59,451 bases of DNA from Candidatus Thorarchaeota archaeon SMTZ1-45 (GCA_001563335.1 LRSL01000015.1:1-59451); one strand, 5' to 3'; positions 9,760 through 21,097 are shown, counted from the first letter of the stretch. The notes: generated by a model from the letters alone, not told the origin. Translations and numbers: made by a program.

Positions 9760-10749
9760 CTACTTAGGACAGTCAACCTCACCGAGTATCTTGGTCACTA
9801 CACGCTGTACTGTTAATCCTTCGAGTTCCGCTTCTGGTTTGAGGATAAGCCTGTGATTCAAAGCTTGTACCGAGAGCCGACGAACATCCTCAGGTATTAC
9901 GTAGTCTCTACCATGCATTGCAGCACGAGTCTTTGAAGCATTCATGAGCACCAGTGATGCTCTTGGCGAGCCTCCAAGGAGAATTTGTGGATCATTTCGA
10001 GTTCGAACAACAATGTCACGGATGTAGTTGATGACATCTTCTTCGATGAAGACGGTCTTACATGTATTCTGCATTCTCACCATTGCAGCAGGATCAGCAA
10101 GAACATTCAGATCAGTTGCTTCACCAAGATGTTTTCTTCGAACAATCTCAGCTTCTTCTTGGTCAGTGGGATAGTCAAGTATCAGACGGAACATGAACCT
10201 GTCAAGTTGAGCCTCAGGTAGAGGATATGTGCCCTCCTGCTCAACTGGATTCTGAGTAGCAATGATCAGAAATGGTTTCGGGAGTTTACGGGTGACACCC
10301 TCTATTGATACTTGTCGTTCCTCCATTACCTCGAGTAGTGCACTCTGCGATTTGGGGGGACATCTATTAATCTCGTCAGCCAATACAAGGTTTGAAAAGA
10401 CTGGACCCTTTCGGAACCAGAACTCTCCCGTTCGCTGATTGAACACATTACTCCCCAGCAAGTCAGCTGGAAGTGTGTCAACAGTCAGTTGTATTCTCTT
10501 GAAGGCGCAACCTAAAATGGATGCGAATGTTCGAGCCATGTAGGTTTTAGCAATGCCAGGTACTCCTTCAAGAACAACATGACCGTTCGAGAGAAAGGCA
10601 GTGAGGACATCACGCAAGATGTCTTCTTTCCCAACGATTATGCGACTGCATTCTCGAATAATATCACTCGTGAGCTTGTGAACCTCGTCGATTGACATGG
10701 TCGCCGAGGTGTCAATTGCCACAGTGTCGTTCGTTTCTTCTATTGTCAA
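9760..10749 (-). CDS. moxR: MoxR family AAA+ ATPase
   Basis: Walker A GVPGIAKT, LADEINR, ATQNPVEQEGTYPLPEAQLDRF. Confidence 0.95.
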   Translation of the reverse strand: MTIEETNDTVAIDTSATMSIDEVHKLTSDIIRECSRIIVGKEDILRDVLTAFLSNGHVVLEGVPGIAKTYMARTFASILGCAFKRIQLTVDTLPADLLGSNVFNQRTGEFWFRKGPVFSNLVLADEINRCPPKSQSALLEVMEERQVSIEGVTRKLPKPFLIIATQNPVEQEGTYPLPEAQLDRFMFRLILDYPTDQEEAEIVRRKHLGEATDLNVLADPAAMVRMQNTCKTVFIEEDVINYIRDIVVRTRNDPQILLGGSPRASLVLMNASKTRAAMHGRDYVIPEDVRRLSVQALNHRLILKPEAELEGLTVQRVVTKILGEVDCPK

Positions 10750-10756
10750 TTTAGTT

Positions 10757-12166
10757 CTACCTCTTTTTTGTGTCTATCATATGTGATTGGATATTACGCA
10801 TGAAGAAGAAGAGCTCCATCATCTCATTCTCCTTTATCTTGATATTCGGATCTGAGGAAATCTCTTCGATCCGTGTGATAGTTTTGAAAAATTCGCTCTC
10901 TTTCAACTTCGAGTCCTTATATCGCATTATTTCCCATACTCGCTTTGTATCATATTCAGTCCACTGCTGTGTTTTTCGTATTCCACGTCGCAAACGGCGA
11001 TATAGCATCTTGACTACTCGTGTGTAGTTACCTTCGGTTCGATAATACGTCATGCGTTCGCTGAAATACGTCTGGCCCTTTCGTAGGAAAACATCTGAAA
11101 CACTCTTGACCTCAGGCTTCTTTATGTCAGGCAGGTATTTCTTAATACCGAGGGTGGTAAAGAGAGGATATACAGCTGATAGCCCTAGGGGTAGTGAGGA
11201 GAGCCATAAGATCCTACCCAGGTATAGCCCGAAGAAGAATTCACTCTCCCACCAAGGAATCTCAAGGAGCTGCTCGCAGAATAGAATGGGTTGGGATGTA
11301 TTTCCGTGTGAGAGCCAGTTGATAACGTTGTCACCAAATCGTTCATTTCCTGAGAATCGGCCCAACATGTCATTGTTGAATATACTAGGATCACTGACTG
11401 CAACCAGTCGTCCACCTCCAGATCCCCCAGGTCCAGCGAGGTCAATGGCACCCACCACTGGAAGACTTCCAAATAGTGATAACTCATAGGGAGTGTCAGG
11501 TTCAGGCGTTGGATCTGTAATATTTGTTTCACACCATGAGCTAGGTGTAGTCCAAGCGATTCCAGATAGTCCTAGAAGACAGTAAGGATTGATTGCTGAT
11601 GCCCAGTTGAGATGAAGTTCTGATACTCCTGCTGTGAGCGCCCCGCCATCAAGCCCTGCTCGAAAGTCCCTTATGATTGGCAACCTAGGTTCCTTTTGAG
11701 GATCATAGGAGTCTAAATCCAGAAGAACACCATCAATGAATGACAGTAGACCTCGAGTTGTATTGTCTGGAATAAATTGGTCCAAGAGAAAATTAAGCAG
11801 AGCCAAGGACATGTTCGCTGATCCAAAGTCATCTGCTATGAGCACACCACCACCAGCCATCAAATGCGTAAAGATGACCAGTGCCGCATCAATTGTGAAG
11901 TCCCGAACAGGACCCATGATAACGATCACAGCAGACCCATTGTACCTTGAGGCAACACTCATACTTGCTTGAATGGACATTACATCGTAACCGTTGTTTT
12001 GAATGTTACTTGCGAATTGGCTGGTCCCGTTATACTGTTCATTGTATATGGAGAAATCGTAGTTATAAGTGCCCTCTGCTCCAATCAATGTACTTCCAGC
12101 TAGAATACCAACTGGAATCCATGCTAAGATGAAGAGGGTCACTTGCAGGATTTCTTTCCAGCCCAT
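10757..12166 (-). CDS. DUF4350 domain membrane protein
   Basis: FSIYN..YNGTS, GGVLIADDFG, GRLVAVSDPSIFNNDML; standard MoxR operon partner. Confidence 0.75.
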   Translation of the reverse strand: MGWKEILQVTLFILAWIPVGILAGSTLIGAEGTYNYDFSIYNEQYNGTSQFASNIQNNGYDVMSIQASMSVASRYNGSAVIVIMGPVRDFTIDAALVIFTHLMAGGGVLIADDFGSANMSLALLNFLLDQFIPDNTTRGLLSFIDGVLLDLDSYDPQKEPRLPIIRDFRAGLDGGALTAGVSELHLNWASAINPYCLLGLSGIAWTTPSSWCETNITDPTPEPDTPYELSLFGSLPVVGAIDLAGPGGSGGGRLVAVSDPSIFNNDMLGRFSGNERFGDNVINWLSHGNTSQPILFCEQLLEIPWWESEFFFGLYLGRILWLSSLPLGLSAVYPLFTTLGIKKYLPDIKKPEVKSVSDVFLRKGQTYFSERMTYYRTEGNYTRVVKMLYRRLRRGIRKTQQWTEYDTKRVWEIMRYKDSKLKESEFFKTITRIEEISSDPNIKIKENEMMELFFFMRNIQSHMIDTKKR

Positions 12167-12177
12167 CCGTATCTCTC

Positions 12178-15100
12178 CTATTCTTTCTCCACAGGTGCAG
12201 CTGAATCGATTCTGGGATAGAGGTCTGTGAAGATTCGAACCGCCTCTTCATACCTCTCACGTGTCATTTCATGATGTGAGAAGCGAGCCTCTTCGTATGT
12301 CTGTACAAATTGTTCAACAGTCGCGCCATCAAGGGGAATTGCCTGCAAAACCCTATCCAAAAACTCGCGTGCGGTTTCAGAATGACCGCGCTCAGAGCCC
12401 ATCTTGGTGCCGCACATCTGCTCGAAGGTACGGTATGCCAGAGTGATAGACGCACCGTATTTTCCAGAGTCTGCGAGCTTCTTGATGTTTCGTAGTTTGG
12501 TCGGGATATCAATTCCTCTCGAAATAACAGGACTGCGGAACATTCCTCTTACTATGTACAGGTACGCCAAAACAGCGACTACTGCACCTACGAGCAAGAT
12601 ACTTGCTAAAAGTAAATCTGTTCCTTGCAATGGATTACCACCTGTTGTTTGTATATTGATTGTGAACGTATTAGATTGAATATTACCCACTTGTGTTGAT
12701 AAGAGCGTGACTCTAAAGTTGATGACTGTCCCATCAGCTTGCGCTGATACCGGATGTCTGAATCTCCCGTCTGTGTCTGTAATATAGGGATACACATCAG
12801 TACCATTGTAATTCAACCGTACTGGACGGAATCTAACAGGATTACCTTCTGAATCTTGGATGGTGACTTCTATATTGAATGCCTGACCAGGATTTACCCT
12901 GCTGGGAGTTGCTGAGAATATTGGATAGTTAAAGATGTGAATTGATTCGACTGACTCAGAGGAATCGGGATTGATGTACAATGCACCATTGTATTCAGCC
13001 AAAACCTCATAGTATCCATCACCCTCATCCCAGGACAAAGGCACAGTCAGAATGAATTCCATCCCCTGTGCATTAATGAGTTGAACATCAGTGATATGTG
13101 TAGAACCTAGGTAGACAGCCACCCATTCTCCATGAAGGTAAGCCCCATCATCATCCTCGAGTCGAAGAGTCACATTGAATGTTTCTCCAGGCATTAATGA
13201 GAACTGATTCGTTTGAACATAGACTCTTGAGCCAATATAGACCAAGATAGTCCAATCTGTAGGACCGTTTCTAAGCTCATGAAATATTGATGTGACACGG
13301 ACACTGATGATATATGACCCACTTGGTTGCGTGGTGGGAACTTGGAGTGAGATGGAATATCTACCATCTGCCGCTGTATCGTCTGTTGAGAGTGTTCCAG
13401 CTCCATCAACCAATGCCTCTACAGTGACTCCATCTGCCGCAAAACCGCCATCATTAAGCACATACCCTGTAATAACTAGTGTATCTCCACGACTAATAGT
13501 GTTGTCCACAGGTTCAGGGTCCATGAAGACATCTACGCGCTCAAGAACCGTGACATCTTCAAAAGAGTTCGATGTATCAGAAGCGCCCCAGGCAATTGAT
13601 GGGGGTGAGAACACAGCAGATCCTGAAAGGACACCAATTCTATTGGAATAAGATATCGGATGGACATAGCTGTAGGCACCAGCTACAGGATCACTAATGG
13701 TGATTGTAGTAAGAAGGTCACCTCCCCACCATATCTCGAGGTTGTATCCTACCAAAGGAGTACCATTGACAAACTGTAGTGTTCCTGAAAATGTCAGAGT
13801 ACCACCTAAGTACACTGTTGTGAGGTCCACAGCGGTTGTGATGGAAACCGCATAGATGTCAATTAGTATTGGTACACGTGGAGACTCTCCAAATGTGGCA
13901 TATCCAGCTGGATCAATGTATGCCCATACCTCCCTAGGACCAACAAGACCAAGGTCATCAGGAATTGGATAAAGATAGGAAAACCTGCCACTGCCATCGG
14001 TCAGAAAATCAATGACAAATGGTCCATTTCCTCCAAAGTAATCGCCCCAATACAAGTCTACGGGCGAGTTTGCATATGGGGTGCCATTGTCCCATGTCAC
14101 TCTTCCTGTAACATTTAGTACTTGATCCAAATAGATGGTTGTGGGTGTCACAGTGAACTCAGGCCATAGATAACCAGGTGCGATTACTTCAATCTGGGGT
14201 AATGCAAACGAAGCATCAGTTATCCAAGGATATGGCGAGTTGAATTCAATAAACAAGTCATAGAAACCTGGTGGAAGAGTTCCAGGAATGTCCCAGCTCA
14301 GAGTGAACGAGCCATCTGACGCTGTCACATCTGAGGCTCGAGTAATTCCTAGAAGTGTCAGTTCAACTGTTGCACCGACATAAGGAGTGATGGGGAGTGT
14401 GTACTCGAGATTCCCGGTGACAACAACAGTTTCGCCTAGTCTGTACAAGACCACTGGTAGGTTGACAGCAGTGAATGTTGTCTGCCACTGATTCAGTGTG
14501 AGGATGTTATGGAAGGACTCATTTGAAGCATGAAAGACTGTTCCTGCATATATGCCATAGACCTCAATTCCGGTCCTGACTGTGTCCCAGCTCATTCCCG
14601 AGTAGTAAAGATCACCCTGGCCAATCCCATCTGTTATGATATTGCCCAGAAATGGAAGGGGAATGGTTCCATTGTTCCAATAGATGGAAATAGTGGCACC
14701 TGAGAGTGCGGACCCATTGTGTGCAAAATAGGCATATGCATGGACAGTAAGTGTTTCATTTTGCATGACTGGATTGGGGTTGATTGTCACTTCGAGATTG
14801 ATTGAGTACTTTATTCGAGTGAGATCAAAGTATGTGACTGTATCATTGTTCAGAGGATTTGTACTATTGTATACGGCTCGAAAGTAAATAATACCCTCTT
14901 CGAATGTTGCAAAGCCAAGGGATGTAAGAAAGCCTCCGGTTGAGTTTGTAGTTGGATCATCAAGTTCATACCAGCCAGCACCGTCCCAATATTGAACAGA
15001 CACTGTTTCGCCAGCCAGTGGTGGCGCACCTCCAAGGTGTGATAGCACGCCCGCAATGTCGAGAATTGGTTCATCAATATAGAGTTGAGTTGGAGCTGTG

Positions 15101-18100
15101 ATAGTTATCTCAAGGTAGTATCTTTGAAGCTGGATTTGGGGAGCGATTGAACTAAACGCATCGTCATAGATGGGAGTCCACGAGGTCCAGTTCACATAGA
15201 CATCTATCAGTCCCGGTGCATCTTGAGTCGGAGTACAGTTATAGAGCATCTGATAGTAGCCAGATGCATCAGTTGTCTTCGTGTAAAGGAAGATTCCAGA
15301 TGCATTCACCCAGTGGATGTAGACTGTTTCAAACTGGATTGGAGTTCCATTTGAGAACTGGAGGGTTCCGTATAGCAGAATGGTTTCATTTAGATAATAG
15401 GTAGTGAAGTCTTCCTGAATCGAGATGAGTGTACCAGTAGCTTGAATATCGAGTGCTTCGTGGAGAGACTCACCATCATAGACCGTATAGTATGGCGACG
15501 TGTAGTTTGCCCAGATGTAGACTGTTTCAGTTGCCTGTCCGATTGGAATAGTGTATTGATAGAAATAGCCCCCTGTGGCGTTGGTCATATCACTTCCAAT
15601 GTAGAAAATCCCAGTACTGTTCTGCAGCCAGAAGTCGACCCATTCATTAACAAGGTAATATAATGGAGCCTCAGGGAGGCTTAAATTCCCCTGAATATCA
15701 ACTGGTTGAAGAAGGAACACAGGATCCGGTGTGACGAAGATCGGGTCTAGAGAAACATCAAGTTTCTTCACATTTGTAAATAGATGAACTGATTCAGAAC
15801 TTGCCAGAGTTGGTTCAACCGAGGTGAAGCTTGACCAGTACTCAATTGGACCTTCATCAGATTCGAGAACCGTGTAATTTAGTTCATAATATCCATCTGA
15901 TGCAGTGAGTACAGTTCCCAAAAGGAAGTTTGACCCATTGTTCCAATAGATTTCGACCCAACGACCACCGATACCAGTACCATTGGACACATGAGTCAAG
16001 TATCCAGCGATTGTGATATTCTGGCTAACATAGAGAGGGTCTGATAATGCGAAGATTGACAGTTGTGTGCCACTTGAGCCAACATTTACTGGAATAGAAA
16101 TGCTCCAATTCCCTTCAATCAGTGGCCATGGAGAACTCCAGTTTGCATATGCGAAATAAGTACCATCAGGCTGTGAAATCGGTATGACATAGCTCCATGA
16201 GAAGCCTCCTGTGGAGTTCAGACTTTGTGTTGTATTGGCTTGAGTTGAGAAGAAGACTCCTACCTGCTGTCCCATGGGTAGGAGTGTGCCATTTAGAAGA
16301 TATGCAATCCCATCATAATAGAGTGTTCCGCCAGCAGAAAGATCAGTTGGAAATACATATAGATCAAATCCCACGCGACCCCAGACTGTGACTGTGGAGT
16401 TGTTGCTTGATCTGGCTGGATTGAGTCGAGGGATTCCATACTGGTCCCAATCTCCAAGATACCAGGACCATACTTCATGAGTTCCTATAGTCATGCGTGA
16501 GAGGTCCAATGGGTCAATATAGATGTCGAGATCGTAGTAGCCATACTCGTCAATAGTCGCATTTCCCATGAATGAGTTGTCCCAATAAATTCCGATGTTT
16601 CTGTTATCATGATTTGAACTGTTGACTGGGACTCCACCCACCTTCATTGTACCATAGACATGAATAGTGTCATTCCAAAATGCGATGTGAGTGTCAATAC
16701 CTTGACTAACGTTGAGCTCTCTTGTTTCACTGACTATGAATCCATCAGCTCCAGTTGAAACCATTGGATAGGAATAAGGATCTGGTGTTCCAACTGCATA
16801 GATAGATGTTCGATTTGTGATTGACAGTGTTGAAGTAGTCCATGATGCTGCAATAATATGATAGTCTACGGATGATCCAACAGGAAATGTATGTGTGACA
16901 TTTGCAATAGGCGGATTAGGCGGCTGTCCTATTGTTGCCACTCCGATAAACACGGAGTCAGTTTCATCAAAGAAAGTAATGCTCTCAGGAGTTGTGACTG
17001 GAACGCCATCTATTGTAATTGCGGCACTTAGACCGAATGGGACACCGATCTGTTCCCATGGTTGTCCATTGGTTGGCCAGACAAGAAGTTGAACATTTGG
17101 AATTGGTGTGTTGGTCGGGTCCTCACCACCGCCCATGTCGCTTGGCAGCATTGCTGGAATGACTTGAATCCATTCACCTCCAGTGGGAGATCCCGACATT
17201 GGGATGAAGACTTCAGCCCAGAAGGTCATGTGTCTGACCTTGAGTGTTCTAACATCATAAACTGGGTCGCGGTCACCAACAGCATATCCAAGTGCTAGGC
17301 GAGCTGGGACACCTAGATATCGCATAAAGACACAATATGCAGTGGCGAAGTCCATAGGGAGACCTCCACCACGTTCGAGAAACCAATCAGTCACCTCTTG
17401 ACCATCAGGTCTATCTTGTAATGCAGCAGCATCCGTTCTGACTTCGAATTTACTCTGGAAATAGAGCTGAACAGCCATGGCTTTTTCATAGAAATCATTA
17501 CCGACGAATTCGAATTGTGAGATGTTGTCAGTTACACGTGTACTCAAAGAAGGATAAATCAGATATTCACCGAATCCTCCTGGGACTGTTGAATGTGCAT
17601 TTGCCCTGACATTGTTAATGTCTTGAGTTTCATAGGTGAGCTGAAAGGTCACAATGACCTCCTCTCCTGTGGTTCCCTGTATGACCGGTGTGAAGAGGAG
17701 AGTGCCATAGGCATCAGTTTCTAGGTCATAATGAAGTAACCGACCAGGGTCGGGATAGGGATTACCATTTCCATCGATGCTGTAAGTCATGAAAGAGTCT
17801 TCAATAACTCGTATCTCTGGAAATAGTGAGGGGATCTCTATTGATCCAACAGTAGCTCCTGCAGTGGCATTAAAAGCAACAGTATAGATTTCGTTGGTGG
17901 CTTCACCTATGGTGATTATTTCTGGATCGCTGATGTCCAAAGGTCGTGGAGGGTCCATCAGGGTTTTCCCCCAGTTTGAGCCATCATATTCATCATAAGC
18001 GCCTATCCGCCACAACTGCGGGGGGTCAGCTGGGGCAACTGTAAATATGATGTCATCCAACTGGTCAAGCAGATCATCAGGGAGAGGCATATCGAGAGGA

Positions 18101-18390
18101 ACACTGGTGTAGTTGATATTTTCAAACCAGTTGGTTCTGCCTCCTGTGATATTGGCTTGATAAGGCCAGTAAGGGATGTCATCGTATTCGTAGTGCGGTT
18201 CGTATTGACGAACTGCACCAGACTGAACAATAATGAAGTTGTAGGTTGCCCAGACGAGACTGGCAACTATGAAGATAGCAGTGATAAGGGTAGTAATCCC
18301 CATCCTTCTTCGGGCAGATTTAGCTGCGGCGCTCACTGGACTGATCCTCTCGTTCACCAATTGGGAAATTTGGCGTGTCGTGTAACTCAC
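12178..18390 (-). CDS. Giant surface protein (2070 aa): transglutaminase-like domain, many Ig-like repeats, TM helix, C-terminal DUF4129-like domain
   Basis: DFATAYCVFMRYLGVPARLALGY...WAEVF; repeated ~100 aa units with T.T...G.F/Y; SETAREF...TYEEARFS. Confidence 0.85.
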   Translation of the reverse strand: MSYTTRQISQLVNERISPVSAAAKSARRRMGITTLITAIFIVASLVWATYNFIIVQSGAVRQYEPHYEYDDIPYWPYQANITGGRTNWFENINYTSVPLDMPLPDDLLDQLDDIIFTVAPADPPQLWRIGAYDEYDGSNWGKTLMDPPRPLDISDPEIITIGEATNEIYTVAFNATAGATVGSIEIPSLFPEIRVIEDSFMTYSIDGNGNPYPDPGRLLHYDLETDAYGTLLFTPVIQGTTGEEVIVTFQLTYETQDINNVRANAHSTVPGGFGEYLIYPSLSTRVTDNISQFEFVGNDFYEKAMAVQLYFQSKFEVRTDAAALQDRPDGQEVTDWFLERGGGLPMDFATAYCVFMRYLGVPARLALGYAVGDRDPVYDVRTLKVRHMTFWAEVFIPMSGSPTGGEWIQVIPAMLPSDMGGGEDPTNTPIPNVQLLVWPTNGQPWEQIGVPFGLSAAITIDGVPVTTPESITFFDETDSVFIGVATIGQPPNPPIANVTHTFPVGSSVDYHIIAASWTTSTLSITNRTSIYAVGTPDPYSYPMVSTGADGFIVSETRELNVSQGIDTHIAFWNDTIHVYGTMKVGGVPVNSSNHDNRNIGIYWDNSFMGNATIDEYGYYDLDIYIDPLDLSRMTIGTHEVWSWYLGDWDQYGIPRLNPARSSNNSTVTVWGRVGFDLYVFPTDLSAGGTLYYDGIAYLLNGTLLPMGQQVGVFFSTQANTTQSLNSTGGFSWSYVIPISQPDGTYFAYANWSSPWPLIEGNWSISIPVNVGSSGTQLSIFALSDPLYVSQNITIAGYLTHVSNGTGIGGRWVEIYWNNGSNFLLGTVLTASDGYYELNYTVLESDEGPIEYWSSFTSVEPTLASSESVHLFTNVKKLDVSLDPIFVTPDPVFLLQPVDIQGNLSLPEAPLYYLVNEWVDFWLQNSTGIFYIGSDMTNATGGYFYQYTIPIGQATETVYIWANYTSPYYTVYDGESLHEALDIQATGTLISIQEDFTTYYLNETILLYGTLQFSNGTPIQFETVYIHWVNASGIFLYTKTTDASGYYQMLYNCTPTQDAPGLIDVYVNWTSWTPIYDDAFSSIAPQIQLQRYYLEITITAPTQLYIDEPILDIAGVLSHLGGAPPLAGETVSVQYWDGAGWYELDDPTTNSTGGFLTSLGFATFEEGIIYFRAVYNSTNPLNNDTVTYFDLTRIKYSINLEVTINPNPVMQNETLTVHAYAYFAHNGSALSGATISIYWNNGTIPLPFLGNIITDGIGQGDLYYSGMSWDTVRTGIEVYGIYAGTVFHASNESFHNILTLNQWQTTFTAVNLPVVLYRLGETVVVTGNLEYTLPITPYVGATVELTLLGITRASDVTASDGSFTLSWDIPGTLPPGFYDLFIEFNSPYPWITDASFALPQIEVIAPGYLWPEFTVTPTTIYLDQVLNVTGRVTWDNGTPYANSPVDLYWGDYFGGNGPFVIDFLTDGSGRFSYLYPIPDDLGLVGPREVWAYIDPAGYATFGESPRVPILIDIYAVSITTAVDLTTVYLGGTLTFSGTLQFVNGTPLVGYNLEIWWGGDLLTTITISDPVAGAYSYVHPISYSNRIGVLSGSAVFSPPSIAWGASDTSNSFEDVTVLERVDVFMDPEPVDNTISRGDTLVITGYVLNDGGFAADGVTVEALVDGAGTLSTDDTAADGRYSISLQVPTTQPSGSYIISVRVTSIFHELRNGPTDWTILVYIGSRVYVQTNQFSLMPGETFNVTLRLEDDDGAYLHGEWVAVYLGSTHITDVQLINAQGMEFILTVPLSWDEGDGYYEVLAEYNGALYINPDSSESVESIHIFNYPIFSATPSRVNPGQAFNIEVTIQDSEGNPVRFRPVRLNYNGTDVYPYITDTDGRFRHPVSAQADGTVINFRVTLLSTQVGNIQSNTFTINIQTTGGNPLQGTDLLLASILLVGAVVAVLAYLYIVRGMFRSPVISRGIDIPTKLRNIKKLADSGKYGASITLAYRTFEQMCGTKMGSERGHSETAREFLDRVLQAIPLDGATVEQFVQTYEEARFSHHEMTRERYEEAVRIFTDLYPRIDSAAPVEKE

Positions 18391-18498
18391 GGTGGGTTCA
18401 AGTTACTCTCAAACGTCCTTTCTTAGCAATTAAAGGGTTGTTCAGCTGGACTCAATCTCGTTTATCGAAAGCATCTTGAGAGAGAAACCATCAATAAA

Positions 18499-19182
18499 AT
18501 GTCATATTGGACAGTATTTGATAATCAAATGAGAGTTAAAAAAGAGGTCTACAGGTTGAACGCGACTCATCGTATGATTGAGGAGTTTGTGAGAGAAAGA
18601 CTAGCTAAAAGTGATTTAGGCGCTCATACTTTGGACCATACAAGAAGAGTGTATACCTTGTCCATCGAGATAGGTAGGGAGATTGGAGCAGACCTGAAAA
18701 TACTCGGAGCTGCAGCTCTTCTTCATGATATTGGGCGACCAGAAGAGGCTACAACTAGTATCTCACATGCAATTCTTTCAGGAAACATGAGTCGAGATAT
18801 TCTGAAGAAGGTAGGTCTTGATGATGCAGAGATTGATAAAGTCGTTGACGCAATCAGAACTCACAGGTTTAGTGAGGGGATTGAACCAAATTCGTTGGAG
18901 GGAGAGATATTGAGTGATGCTGACAAACTTGACGCAATGGGAGCAATCGGAGTCTTTCGGGCAATAGCCCAAGCTGCTAGCACAGGAGTAGGGATAGAGG
19001 GATTCCTAAAACATGCTGATGAAAAACTGCTGAAGCTTAGAGATTTAATGTACACAGATCAAGCTAGGATTGAGGCGGAAAACCGTCATCAGACATTAGA
19101 GGTATTTGTCAAGCAACTGAGGGATGAGTCATCAAGAAAAATCAGCGATTTAGATAGAGTTCAAGATAAGACTCACGGATAG
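18499..19182 (+). CDS. HD domain metal-dependent phosphohydrolase
   Basis: HTLDHTRRV, LLHDIG, DADKLDAMGAIG. Confidence 0.9.
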   Translation: MSYWTVFDNQMRVKKEVYRLNATHRMIEEFVRERLAKSDLGAHTLDHTRRVYTLSIEIGREIGADLKILGAAALLHDIGRPEEATTSISHAILSGNMSRDILKKVGLDDAEIDKVVDAIRTHRFSEGIEPNSLEGEILSDADKLDAMGAIGVFRAIAQAASTGVGIEGFLKHADEKLLKLRDLMYTDQARIEAENRHQTLEVFVKQLRDESSRKISDLDRVQDKTHG

Positions 19183-19723
19183 ATTGAGTAGGGTCCAAGC
19201 CAAGATTGTACACAGTTTTGAAGATATATTCTCGTGCAGCAACAAGTTCACCGTTGTTCGTCGCAATACTCTCAAGTTCCACAAATTGCCCAACATCTTC
19301 CACGTCGTCAGTACTGATTATCACTGTTTGTAGACTAAAGAACTGACGTTTCTTTGTCAGTTTTGCTACATGCTTGAACCCCAGACTCACTAGAACGGAT
19401 GTGATATCCGTAGCATTGCTTAGACTCACAGTAGTTTCAGTTCGTGTCTTTGTTGTACTATCAACCTTTGGACCCTTGTAAGTAAGTTCCACTAGGTCAG
19501 TTGATGATTCATATTCATTAGTGTCAAGAGGTCTTCGTATTCTTACTCGTAGAGCTTCGTCAGTTTCTTGAAAGATTCTACATGGATGATCAAAATAAGA
19601 GTCAACCTGAATCTCTTTGTTGATTTTTGTTGCTCCGAGATGCAAGATTCTGTCTTCCATCTCCTCAATGTTATCGATTGCTACCTTGACCTCCACTTCG
19701 TACTTTTTTTTCAGTTCTGTCAA
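19142..19723 (-). CDS. cyaB: CYTH / class IV adenylate cyclase family protein
   Basis: EVEVK, DEALRVR, LTYKGPK, GQFVELE, SYLEL. Confidence 0.9.
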   Translation of the reverse strand: MTELKKKYEVEVKVAIDNIEEMEDRILHLGATKINKEIQVDSYFDHPCRIFQETDEALRVRIRRPLDTNEYESSTDLVELTYKGPKVDSTTKTRTETTVSLSNATDITSVLVSLGFKHVAKLTKKRQFFSLQTVIISTDDVEDVGQFVELESIATNNGELVAAREYIFKTVYNLGLDPTQSIRESYLELYLNR

Positions 19724-19813
19724 CCCCTACTGTTACTCTTGACTCAACCAAAGAGTGCTAGATGCGTCCATTAAATAGTTGAGCCATAAGCCAAATAACG
19801 GCGATGAGTCTTC

Positions 19814-21088
19814 GTGTGGAAGGTTGGTGTCACTTTGTCAAAAATTAAGGCTATCAAATGCGCGAAGTGTGGCAAGACCTACGATAATACCAATGTACCT
19901 CCAAACGATGGATGTGGTGGTAGAATAGACTTCGAGTTTGATCTGGAGAGCATCAAAGAAACCATCACGAGAGATAGTCTTGAGAAGCGAGTTCCGAGTC
20001 TCTGGAAATACTTCGAGCTAATGCCTCTAAGAGAGAGGAAGAACATAGTGACACTTGGGGAGGGAGGAACTCCGCTTGTTGAGAGCAATAGGCTCGCTGA
20101 TGAATACAGATTGAAGAACCTCTCGATAAAGATTGAAACTGTGAATCCGTCTGGGTCTTTCAAGGACCGACCAATCTGCGTTGGAGTCAGTAGAGCACTT
20201 GAAGATGGAGCTGAAACTGTGTCAGCAGCTTCATCTGGTAACGCTGCAGCCTCTATGGCTACATTTGCGGCACGAGCAGGACTTCAGGCAGTCGTCTTTG
20301 TGCCTGAGGACGCACCTAAGGGGAAATTGATTCATCTAAGAACTCTGGGTGCTAAGGTATTCAGAGTAAAGAAAATACGTGAGGGGGTGGATCCCACAAC
20401 TACTCTGCTGCATGCAGCCTGCAAAGAGTTTGGCTGGACACCAGCACCATCCTTTGGACCGTTCAATTGTTTCCAGTTTGAGGGCACTAAGTCCCTTGGA
20501 TATGAGATTGCAGAACAGACTCAATGGAACCCGCCAGATTGGATCCTTTTCCCAACAGGTAGTGGGGGTCTTATGGCTGGGACTATGAAGGGATTCTGGG
20601 AGTTCAAGGAAATGGGGTTGATTGAAACTGTCCCGAAACCAGTAGTAGTTCAGCCGGAGGGTTGTGCCCCAATTGTGAGAGCATTCAAAGAAGCTCAAGA
20701 CCCGCTGAGCATTAGTCCTTGGGACTCAAATGAAACAGTCGCAGGAGGACTCGCAGACCCATTCCCGTGGGATGGAGATGCTGCTCTCAAATATCTTCAG
20801 CTTGGAGAGGGGACAGCAATTGCGGTTCCTGATGATGAGATAGAGAAGGCACTTGTCCTTTTGGGAAAACTAGAGGGAATATTTGCAGAACCTAGTGGTG
20901 TCGCAGCCATGGCTGGGCTGAAGGCTCTGATTGAACAGGGGACAATTGATAGGTCTGACAAGATTGTCGTTCCAATCACCGGGTCTGGTTTTAAGGACCT
21001 GGCAACACCTGATAGGCTTACACCAGAAGTTCAATTAATTCCTCCTGAAACTGCTGCTCTCAAGAAGGCTCTAGAGAATTATCGTTGA
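19814..21088 (+). CDS. thrC: Threonine synthase (PLP-dependent)
   Basis: TLGEGGTPL, NPSGSFKDR, ASSGNA, PTGSGG, EPSG, ITGSGFKD. Confidence 0.85.
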   Translation: MWKVGVTLSKIKAIKCAKCGKTYDNTNVPPNDGCGGRIDFEFDLESIKETITRDSLEKRVPSLWKYFELMPLRERKNIVTLGEGGTPLVESNRLADEYRLKNLSIKIETVNPSGSFKDRPICVGVSRALEDGAETVSAASSGNAAASMATFAARAGLQAVVFVPEDAPKGKLIHLRTLGAKVFRVKKIREGVDPTTTLLHAACKEFGWTPAPSFGPFNCFQFEGTKSLGYEIAEQTQWNPPDWILFPTGSGGLMAGTMKGFWEFKEMGLIETVPKPVVVQPEGCAPIVRAFKEAQDPLSISPWDSNETVAGGLADPFPWDGDAALKYLQLGEGTAIAVPDDEIEKALVLLGKLEGIFAEPSGVAAMAGLKALIEQGTIDRSDKIVVPITGSGFKDLATPDRLTPEVQLIPPETAALKKALENYR

Positions 21089-21097
21089 GGTGGTTCT

